Shown piece after piece: positions 9,943 to 16,722 of a stretch of DNA of 64,000 nucleotides. A model generated the notes under the pieces. That model saw only the letters and a program-made list of their open reading frames with translations, did no database searches and was not told where the DNA came from. The stretch is from Candidatus Latescibacterota bacterium (GTDB lineage Bacteria > Krumholzibacteriota > Krumholzibacteriia > WVZY01 > JAKEHA01): NCBI GenBank assembly GCA_963707635.1, contig OY970173.1, positions 128,001 through 192,000 on the forward strand, written 5' to 3'. The first letter of the stretch is position 1; the number at the start of each line of letters is the position of its first letter. The position numbers and the translations under genes were made by a program.

Positions 9943-10003
9943 TCGTGCTTCTCTGACCACGCAACCCGTGTCGGCGCCACCCGCTGGTGCTTCTCTGACC
10001 ACG
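9923..10003. repeat. Tandem duplication, 2 x 39 bp at 42-bp period
   Basis: CCCGT(C/G)TCGGCGCCACCCGCT(C/G)GTGCTTCTCTGACCACG at 9923-9961 and 9965-10003, 2 mismatches. Confidence 0.95.
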
Positions 10004-10019
10004 GATTGCCTTGCGCCGC

Positions 10020-10025
10020 ATTATA
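10020..10025 (-). promoter_or_regulatory. Candidate -10 box of lemA operon
   Basis: TATAAT on the minus strand in GC-rich intergenic DNA; no good -35. Confidence 0.45.
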
Positions 10026-10055
10026 CACGGCGGGTCGCGGCGTCATTCGACCCCA

Positions 10056-12068
10056 TTACAGACGGACTGGAACCAGCACCATGATGTGCCCCTGCGACTG
10101 GAGCCGCTGTTGAATGGCGATGCCGGTCTTGTTGTGCAGGATCTGGTGGTACCAGCGCTCCTTGCCAAACACGACGTTACCGGCGAAGAAGGTGGTGTAC
10201 GGGAATTCGCGCACGAGTTCGAGGCACAGGTCCGCTGATCCCTCCACCGCCTCGGTGGCGATCGAATACCGATAGGTCGCGGGGACACCCTGCCCCCGGG
10301 CGAACTCGACGTAGCGCTTCAGGTCGGTCTCCACGTGCTCCCGGAGCGCGTCCATCGTGCCTTCCCCCTTGAACTCCTTCGAATCGATGACGCCGACCGA
10401 GACGAACACCAGGCCTCCGAAGTACTTCGGGAATTTGGATATCGCGGTGAGGCAGGTGTGGAGTCCCACCCCGCCGTATTCGCCCACCAGGATCGCCGCC
10501 ACGGGGGACAACGCCGGCGGCTCGGCCCCCGACGTGATCGCCTCCGGCGCGCGCGGGAGCTCGATGAGCGGAGAGTACAGCCTGCGGACCTGCCGCTGAC
10601 TCCACTCGTAGTGGCGGCGGATGCCGAAGCTCAAGACGATCACTGCTCCCGTCACCATCAGCGTCACCCAACCGCCCTCCGCGAACTTCTCGATCGTGGT
10701 CACGATCAGAATGGTCGCGCACAGCATGAACCCGGCGGCGAAGAGGCCGACCGATTTTCTCGCGCGCGGAGACCTCCGGCGCCGGCGGTGGGCGTCGAGC
10801 CACATGGCGAGCATCGAGAGCGAGAAGGTGAGAAACACGTTGATGCTGTACATGACGACGATGTGTCGAACGTCGCCTCGCGTGTAGAGGAGCGCTACGA
10901 TCGACGCCGCTCCCATCAGCACGACCCCGTTCTCCGCCGTGAGCCGGTCCGAGAGCGCGGCCAGGCGCCGCGGCATCCAGGAGTCGATGGCCATGTTGGC
11001 CAGCACGCGCGGCCCGTCGACGAAACCGGCCTGGGCGGCGACCACCAGCAGGGCGCCCTCGGAGACGAGGGTCACGATCACGAACGCGTCGCTGAAAAAC
11101 CCGTCCCCGGCGAACGCCCGGGCCAGCACCGCATTCATCGTCCTGCCTTCCACGTGGCGGATGTCCCACAGCAGGTAGCAGAGAATGAGGCCGCCCGCCG
11201 TGAAAGCGAGCGAGATCGCCATGTACGTCATCGTGCGCTTGCCGGTCTGCACGCGCGGCTCGCGCATGATGGCGAGCCCGTTGGAGACGGCTTCGATCCC
11301 GGTGTAGGTGCCGCCTCCCAGCGAGTACGCGTGCACGAACAACAGCAGCATCCCGCCGGCGCCGAGCGTGCCGAGCCCGGTCGAAAAACCGCGCTGGACC
11401 TCGACGGCCGTCTCGGGGAGCTCGCCTACGTGCATGAACGTCGCCCCGACGATCAGCACCAGATGGGTGAGCACGAACACGAGGAAGATGGGTGTCAGGG
11501 TCAGCACCGATTCCCTCACGCCGCGCAGGTTCAGGACGAGCAGCGCCGCCAGCAGCACGATTTCGGCGGGGAGTTTCAACGCCTGCCATTCGATGGGCAG
11601 GAGGCTGAAGAGGGCGTCGCCGGCGGCGGCGATGGAGATCGTGATCGTCAGCACATAGTCGACCAGCAGCGCGCTCCCGCCGACGACGCCGGCCCGCTTG
11701 CCGAGCAGCTTGGTCGCCACCATGTAGCCGCCGCCCCCGTGCGGGAAGCGCTCGATGATGCGGCTGTAGCCGGCCGAGATGATGAGGACAGTGATCGCGG
11801 TCAGGAGGGCGAGACCAATCGCGAGATAGGTGTGCTCGCCGAGGGTTCGGAACGCCTCTTCCGGACCGTACGCAGACGACGAGAGCCCGTCCGCCCCCAG
11901 GCCCACCCAGGCGAGAAACGCCACCAGCGAGATGTGCCGGTAGATCGACCGGTCCCGCAAGTCGCGCGGCGGACCCACCAGGACCGAGCGCAGCCTGGTC
12001 CTGAAACCGATCGGCGGTTCGGGAGAACCGTCGGGTTTCGTTTCGGGGTCGGGGGGCCGGGTATCCAT
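10056..12068 (-). CDS. APC-family permease, KimA/YdaO-like (probable K+ transporter)
   Basis: GADGLSSSAYG, GGGYMVA, LVDYVLT, YTGIEAVSNG motifs; ~12 TM plus cytosolic C-terminal domain. Confidence 0.8.
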   Translation of the reverse strand: MDTRPPDPETKPDGSPEPPIGFRTRLRSVLVGPPRDLRDRSIYRHISLVAFLAWVGLGADGLSSSAYGPEEAFRTLGEHTYLAIGLALLTAITVLIISAGYSRIIERFPHGGGGYMVATKLLGKRAGVVGGSALLVDYVLTITISIAAAGDALFSLLPIEWQALKLPAEIVLLAALLVLNLRGVRESVLTLTPIFLVFVLTHLVLIVGATFMHVGELPETAVEVQRGFSTGLGTLGAGGMLLLFVHAYSLGGGTYTGIEAVSNGLAIMREPRVQTGKRTMTYMAISLAFTAGGLILCYLLWDIRHVEGRTMNAVLARAFAGDGFFSDAFVIVTLVSEGALLVVAAQAGFVDGPRVLANMAIDSWMPRRLAALSDRLTAENGVVLMGAASIVALLYTRGDVRHIVVMYSINVFLTFSLSMLAMWLDAHRRRRRSPRARKSVGLFAAGFMLCATILIVTTIEKFAEGGWVTLMVTGAVIVLSFGIRRHYEWSQRQVRRLYSPLIELPRAPEAITSGAEPPALSPVAAILVGEYGGVGLHTCLTAISKFPKYFGGLVFVSVGVIDSKEFKGEGTMDALREHVETDLKRYVEFARGQGVPATYRYSIATEAVEGSADLCLELVREFPYTTFFAGNVVFGKERWYHQILHNKTGIAIQQRLQSQGHIMVLVPVRL

Positions 12069-12089
12069 GAGACTCACCCTCGCGAGCAC

Positions 12090-12114
12090 AAAAAAGCCCG
12101 CGAATGAACGCGGG
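12090..12114 (-). terminator. Terminator-like hairpin inside the 5' leader of the KimA-like gene
   Basis: Minus strand CCCGCG-ttcatt-CGCGGG-C-TTTTTT ending 21 nt before the ATG. Confidence 0.75.
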
Positions 12115-12142
12115 ACAGCGGCTCGGCGTTGGATTGGCGGGG

Positions 12143-12171
12143 ACGGTACACCGGCGGCGGGTGGGCGTCAA
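12143..12171 (-). promoter_or_regulatory. sigma70-type promoter for KimA-like gene
   Basis: TTGACG-17 nt-TACCGT on the minus strand. Confidence 0.6.
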
Positions 12172-12187
12172 GGCCACCCGGGCAACA

Positions 12188-12254
12188 GCGGGTGGCGCCG
12201 AGACGGGCCCCCCGTCGGGCGAAGCCGACGGGGTGACGAAGCGACAGGACCCGC
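12188..12254 (-). repeat. Dispersed hairpin repeat, copy B
   Basis: Reverse complement GCGGGTCCTGTCGCTTCGTCACCCCGTCGGCTTCGCCCGACGGGGGGCCCGTCTCGGCGCCACCCGC. Confidence 0.85.
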
Positions 12255-12352
12255 GCGAGCCCGCAGGCGCCCTCGAGGGTGGCTCCGGACCGGGCGGGTA
12301 TGTTACCCTGCCTTGTTTCCCGCGATACCAATATCAAGGAGCGAGTACCCCC

Positions 12353-13186
12353 ATGCCCGAAAAGCTGGAAAGGTCCAGGAGCGCCAGCATCGCCGTCTTC
12401 TGCGACTTCGAAAACATCGCCATCGGCGTTCGCGAGTCGCGCTACGACGACTTCGACATCAGCCGCGTGCTCGAACGCCTGCTGCTCAAGGGCAGCATCG
12501 TCGTCAAGAAGGCCTATTGCGACTGGGATCGCTACAAGGACTTCAAGAAGACCATGCACGAGGCCGCCTTCGAGCTGATTGAAATCCCCCACGTTCGTCA
12601 GTCGGGCAAGAACTCGGCGGACATTCGCATGGTCGTGGATGCGCTCGACCTCTGCTACACCAAGCCGCACGTGACGGCGTTCGTCGTCATGAGCGGAGAC
12701 TCCGATTTCTCACCGCTGGTCACCAAGCTGCGCGAGAACAACAAAGAAGTGATCGGCGTGGGAGTGAAGAACTCCACGTCGGACCTCTTCACCGGCGCCT
12801 GCGACGAGTTCATCTTCTACGACGATCTGGTGCGCGAGCACGAAAAGCGACGCAAGAGCCGGCGCAAACCGGCCGCAAAGCCCAAGGCGTCGGTCCCGAA
12901 GGACCAGGTGGAAGCCGAGGAACACAAGCAGAAGGCGTTCGACCTGGTCCTCGACACCATCGACATGCTCTGGAACGAGCGCGGCGAGGAAGAAGACATC
13001 TGGGGTTCGATGGTCAAGCAGGCCATCAAGCGCCGCCAGCCCAGCTTCAACGAGTCCTACTACGGCTTCCGCAGCTTCAGCGAACTCCTGCGCAGCATGG
13101 AGGAAGACGGCCTGGTGACCCTCGAGCCGGACGAGCGCTCGGGCGGCTACATCATCCGCGACGTCCGCGTGGGCGAAAGCGGCTAG
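12353..13186 (+). CDS. NYN-domain protein with C-terminal OST-HTH/LOTUS domain
   Basis: AVFCDFEN, GKNSADIRMVVDA, SGDSDFSPLV, CDEFIFYDDL; FNESYYGFRSFSELL. Confidence 0.92.
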   Translation: MPEKLERSRSASIAVFCDFENIAIGVRESRYDDFDISRVLERLLLKGSIVVKKAYCDWDRYKDFKKTMHEAAFELIEIPHVRQSGKNSADIRMVVDALDLCYTKPHVTAFVVMSGDSDFSPLVTKLRENNKEVIGVGVKNSTSDLFTGACDEFIFYDDLVREHEKRRKSRRKPAAKPKASVPKDQVEAEEHKQKAFDLVLDTIDMLWNERGEEEDIWGSMVKQAIKRRQPSFNESYYGFRSFSELLRSMEEDGLVTLEPDERSGGYIIRDVRVGESG

Positions 13187-13833
13187 CGCCCGAGTTTCTC
13201 CAGCGACAGCAGCACGGCCCTCGCGCGCGGCGACACGAACACGCCGCCGCCCGCGTTGGCGAAGTGCTTTTGCAGCCGCCGCCGGTACCACGCGGCGCTG
13301 CGCACGTGGATGCGCCGGTCGGTCCTGCGCAGGTCGAGCAGCTTCGCGTCGATGTCGTCGCGGGTGGGAACATCGACGTAGAGGGCGCCGCGGCATGCGC
13401 TCGCGATGGCCGCGATCCCGCGGTCGACCTCACGGGCGGACAGGTACTGCATCACGTCCTGGCACACGACGAGGTCGAACTTCCCCCGGGGCGGGAGATC
13501 GACGACCGACCCCCGTACCCAGCCGTAGCGGCGGCACAGGTACTCGCTCGGGTCGACCCCGGTGTACGCAATCGAGCGATCGAGCCTCCGCAGCGCCCGC
13601 TTCCACAGCCCGGTTCCGCAGCCCACGTCCAGCACCGAGCGCACCTCCACCTGCAGGTGCGCGAGATAGCTGGTGACGAAACGCGCGCGGCGGTAGACCT
13701 CCTGCGCCGAGGTCACCGCCGTCGCGGGGGTGTGGTAATACCGGTCGAAGAACTCGCGGTCGAAGGAGCGTCTCGAAGCGGCGGCCACGCGCGGAGCATA
13801 CCGCATTCCACCGAGCCCGCGCCCGTCATTCAA
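13183..13833 (-). CDS. Class I SAM-dependent methyltransferase
   Basis: VLDVGCGTG, GVDPS, FDLVVCQDVMQYL; true start probably ~13790-13806. Confidence 0.85.
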   Translation of the reverse strand: MNDGRGLGGMRYAPRVAAASRRSFDREFFDRYYHTPATAVTSAQEVYRRARFVTSYLAHLQVEVRSVLDVGCGTGLWKRALRRLDRSIAYTGVDPSEYLCRRYGWVRGSVVDLPPRGKFDLVVCQDVMQYLSAREVDRGIAAIASACRGALYVDVPTRDDIDAKLLDLRRTDRRIHVRSAAWYRRRLQKHFANAGGGVFVSPRARAVLLSLEKLGR

Positions 13834-13878
13834 CTTCGTCCTCGAAAAGTGCCCGGCAACGCGCTAGGCTGGTGCCCC

Positions 13879-14145
13879 GTGTCGAATGCATCGTTGCGCC
13901 AGGATCTCTTGCACACGCTGCGTCAGAACGTCCCCCTGCTTCCGGACCACGTGGACGACCAGACGTCGTTGATCCGATCGGGCATCCTCGATTCGGCGGG
14001 TCTCTTCCACCTGGCGCTGTGGGTCGAGCGGCACCTGGGCACGTCGTTCGACTTCACGGCCTACGACCTTGCCGCGGAGTGGGACACGATCAACGATGTG
14101 CTGCGCTTCGTGGAGGAGCATCGCGAGCGGCACCGGCCGCGCTGA
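13879..14145 (+). CDS. Stand-alone acyl/aminoacyl carrier protein
   Basis: 88 aa; DDQTSLIRSGILDSAGLFHL phosphopantetheine-site pattern, WDTINDV. Confidence 0.8.
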   Translation: MSNASLRQDLLHTLRQNVPLLPDHVDDQTSLIRSGILDSAGLFHLALWVERHLGTSFDFTAYDLAAEWDTINDVLRFVEEHRERHRPR

Positions 14146-14151
14146 AAGACG

Positions 14152-15261
14152 ATGGGCATCGAATTCGTCCCCTACCGTCCCGGGCACGCGAGCGCGATCG
14201 CGCGGCTCCAGACCCACCTGTGGAGCGGCGACGCGGCGCGCAACGCCGCCTACTTTCGGTGGAAGTACCTGGAAAACCCGTTCCTGCCGGATCCGGTGGT
14301 GATGCTCGCCATGAGCGACGAAGGGGCGGTGGCGATGCGCGGCGCATTCGGTTCCGCCTGGGAAGCCAACCGCTTACCGGAGCCGTTCATCATCCCCTGC
14401 GTCGACGACATGGTGGTCGATCCCTCGCACCGCAACCATGGCCTGATGCGCCCGCTCATGGATGCGCTGTTCGAGGCCCTCGCCGCGCGGGGGTTCCAGT
14501 ACCTGTTCAGTCTGAGCGCCGCGCCGGTCACGCTGGTGGTATCCCTCGCCACCGGATGGCGCGCGGTGGGGTCGACCGACCCGCTCGGCCGCCTCTCGCG
14601 CCCGGTCACGATCGCGCGGCGGCTGCGGGCGCGCGCAGAGCGCGTCCCGGTGGCGCGGCGGCTCGCGCCGCGGCTGGTGCTCCGTTCGGAGCTCGACGCG
14701 TATCACCACCTCGATCGTTCGCGCCGCCGCCAGCGGCGCATCACGATGACGCGGGAGCCGCGGTCGGAGGAAATGGCCGCGCTGGTCAAGCGGATCGGGA
14801 GCGACGGGCGAATTCGCCACGTCCGTGATGCCCGCTATCTCGACTGGAAGTTTCGCAATCCGCTGGCCGACTACCGGTTCTTCTATTTCGACGAGCAGGC
14901 GCTCGGCGGATACCTGGTGCTGCACCGCACCGCGTCCGACCGGGGTGACCGCACGCGCGTGAGCATCGTGGAATGGGAGGCAACGAGCACGAAGATCCAG
15001 CTCGCGCTTCTGGACGAGGCGCTCCACCGGGGCGCGTTCGCCTACCTCGAGACCTGGGGAGCCACGCTGCCACGGCCGCTGCGCGCGGAGCTGGAAACGC
15101 GCGGCTTTCGTGCGGCGCACCCGGGGACGCTGCAGCGGCCAGGACACCGGATCCTGGTGCGGGGTCTGGATCCGTCGCTCGCCGATTGGACGCTGAATGG
15201 ACGCTCCCTGCTCGACATGAGCCAGTGGGACCTGCGTCAGCTGCACTCGATGGCCGGGTGA
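14152..15261 (+). CDS. GNAT-fold acyltransferase (two-domain)
   Basis: YFRWKYLENP, DMVVDPSHRNHGL (motif A), VRDARYLDWKF. Confidence 0.75.
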   Translation: MGIEFVPYRPGHASAIARLQTHLWSGDAARNAAYFRWKYLENPFLPDPVVMLAMSDEGAVAMRGAFGSAWEANRLPEPFIIPCVDDMVVDPSHRNHGLMRPLMDALFEALAARGFQYLFSLSAAPVTLVVSLATGWRAVGSTDPLGRLSRPVTIARRLRARAERVPVARRLAPRLVLRSELDAYHHLDRSRRRQRRITMTREPRSEEMAALVKRIGSDGRIRHVRDARYLDWKFRNPLADYRFFYFDEQALGGYLVLHRTASDRGDRTRVSIVEWEATSTKIQLALLDEALHRGAFAYLETWGATLPRPLRAELETRGFRAAHPGTLQRPGHRILVRGLDPSLADWTLNGRSLLDMSQWDLRQLHSMAG

Positions 15262-15280
15262 CGCGGAGCCTCCTCCCCGG

Positions 15281-15315
15281 AAAAACCCGAGGCCCCGCTG
15301 ACGCGGGGCCTCGAG
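15281..15315 (-). terminator. Intrinsic terminator closing the minus-strand small transcript
   Basis: 11-bp stem CGAGGCCCCGC/GCGGGGCCTCG with T5 on the minus strand. Confidence 0.8.
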
Positions 15316-15392
15316 AGGGATCAGTATTGGTGGCGTTGGGTTTCCCCTCGAACGGGGTGACCGACAGAGCCACGATTTCGTGGAGCCATCCC

Positions 15393-15437
15393 TTAAGGGG
15401 ACGCCACCTCCACCAAGCCGCATCTGTCTGTACTCAC
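15393..15437 (-). CDS. 14-aa micro-ORF MSTDRCGLVEVASP
   Basis: GTG start directly after AAGGAGGTGATCCA; TAA stop. Confidence 0.55.
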   Translation of the reverse strand: MSTDRCGLVEVASP

Positions 15438-15553
15438 TGGATCACCTCCTTCGGGGCGTGCCCAATGAACGGCGAGACCCAACTCGCCCGGCTCCTTCGA
15501 CCGCCCAGGTCGTCGGCGCCGTCGCGACTCACGTCGCGAAACCATGTGGGGGG

Positions 15554-15582
15554 ACGCTACAAAACTCCCCAATGGGGCACAA
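15554..15582 (-). promoter_or_regulatory. Candidate sigma70 promoter of the small transcript
   Basis: TTGTGC-17 nt-TAGCGT with an upstream A/T tract. Confidence 0.45.
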
Positions 15583-15601
15583 GAAAAATTTCGCCCGCCG
15601 C

Positions 15602-15631
15602 TTGACTCGCGGATTCGGCCTCGGCGATAAT
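15602..15631 (+). promoter_or_regulatory. sigma70 promoter
   Basis: TTGACT-18 nt-GATAAT. Confidence 0.6.
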
Positions 15632-15642
15632 GACGGCGGCGG

Positions 15643-15785
15643 CGATCCGCGCCCAACCCCTTCGGCCCTCCCCCAGCGAGGGCCTTTCGTGGGGCAAAGG
15701 GGGGCATACCCCCGGATCAGGCATATCGATCACTCGATTGCCGGGCGAGTCGCGTCGCTGGGGGGCGGGGTTCGCGCGGCTATCG
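15643..15785 (+). ncRNA. Candidate structured cis-regulatory leader
   Basis: Nested complementary blocks CGAT/ATCG, CCGCGC/GCGCGG, AACCCC/GGGGTT, CCCCCAGCGA/TCGCTGGGGG, CCCGG/CCGGG; ends at the RBS. Confidence 0.6.
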
Positions 15786-15797
15786 GAGGAGATCGAC

Positions 15798-16463
15798 ATG
15801 CCGAAGCAGAAAGACCTGAAGCGCCTCGTGCGCACCCGCATGAAGAAGACGGGCGAATCCTACACCGCCGCCCGTGCCCAACTCACCCGCTCGAAGACCC
15901 GCCCTGCTCCGTCCCCGGATTTCGCGAAACTCGCCCGCACGAGCGACGACTCGATCCGTGCGAAAACCGGCAAGAGCTGGGCGCAATGGGTTCGCGTGCT
16001 CGACGCCATCGACGCCGCCCGGATGCCGCATCGTGAGATCGCGTCGCATGTGCGCACGACCTACGCGATCGACGGGTGGTGGGCGCAGGCGGTGACGGTC
16101 GGCTACGAACGCATCCGCGGCCTGCGCGAGGTCGGTCAGCGTCGCGATGGCGCCTACGAATTCAGCAAGAGCCGCACGTTCCCCGTTCCCGTGGCCGTGC
16201 TCTACCGCGCGTTCACGAGCCCGAAGGTCCGTGCCCGCTGGCTGGGGGGCGTGGAATTCACGGTCCGCAAGGCGACCCCGAACAAGTCGATTCGCATCAC
16301 CTGGCCCGACCAGACGAGCGTGCAAGTCTCGCTCATTCCGAAAGGCGACAGGAGCCAGGCGACCATCACGCACGCGAAGCTCGCGTCACAGGACGCCGCC
16401 ACGAAGCTCAAGGCGTGGTGGCACGCGCGGCTGGATGCACTGGCTACGGTGTTGACGACGTAA
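15798..16463 (+). CDS. Conserved hypothetical: basic N-terminal helix + DUF4287-like segment + SRPBCC-like domain
   Basis: GGAGGA RBS; MPKQKDLKRLVRTRMKKTGESYTAAR; KTGKSWAQW...HREIA...WWAQAVTVGYE; SRTFPVP...RWL...W. Confidence 0.8.
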   Translation: MPKQKDLKRLVRTRMKKTGESYTAARAQLTRSKTRPAPSPDFAKLARTSDDSIRAKTGKSWAQWVRVLDAIDAARMPHREIASHVRTTYAIDGWWAQAVTVGYERIRGLREVGQRRDGAYEFSKSRTFPVPVAVLYRAFTSPKVRARWLGGVEFTVRKATPNKSIRITWPDQTSVQVSLIPKGDRSQATITHAKLASQDAATKLKAWWHARLDALATVLTT

Positions 16464-16506
16464 CGCACTCGCCGGGCCTTTCGGGGCCCCACGCTGACGG
16501 CACCGC

Positions 16507-16572
16507 GCGGGTCCTTTGCCTCGTCACCCCGCCGGCTGCGCGCGGCGGGGGCCCCGTCTCGGCGCCACCCGC
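16507..16572 (+). repeat. Dispersed hairpin repeat, copy C
   Basis: GCGGGTCCTTTGCCTCGTCACCCC...GGGGGCCCCGTCTCGGCGCCACCCGC. Confidence 0.85.
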
Positions 16573-16722
16573 GCGTGCTTCAATGCGAGCGCCCGGGGTT
16601 GCTTGCACACTTGACGTGTGATAGTCTGCGCTCTCCTCAGCTGAATTCTCATTTCCTCCCGAAAACTAGGTCCGGCGCGGCGTGGCTTCTTCGCCAGGAT
16701 TCGACGCGCCCCGGGAGGAACC

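Larger units (their letters stand above)
15281..15548 (-). ncRNA. Candidate structured small RNA / micro-ORF transcript
   Basis: Bounded by a promoter-like element and a terminator; internal hairpins; no credible long ORF. Confidence 0.55.

Noticed and set aside
9923..10003. Mini CRISPR array
   Set aside because: Two units separated by 3 nt, no spacer, no cas genes.
12069..12350. c-di-AMP (ydaO) riboswitch before the KimA-like gene
   Set aside because: Characteristic GCTGAATCC / GGGGTGAATC / CAGCTAAC blocks are absent and the predicted leader is too short.
15437..15451. 16S rRNA gene fragment
   Set aside because: Only 15 nt match; flanks lack helix 44/45 sequence. Better read as an extended SD on the opposite strand.
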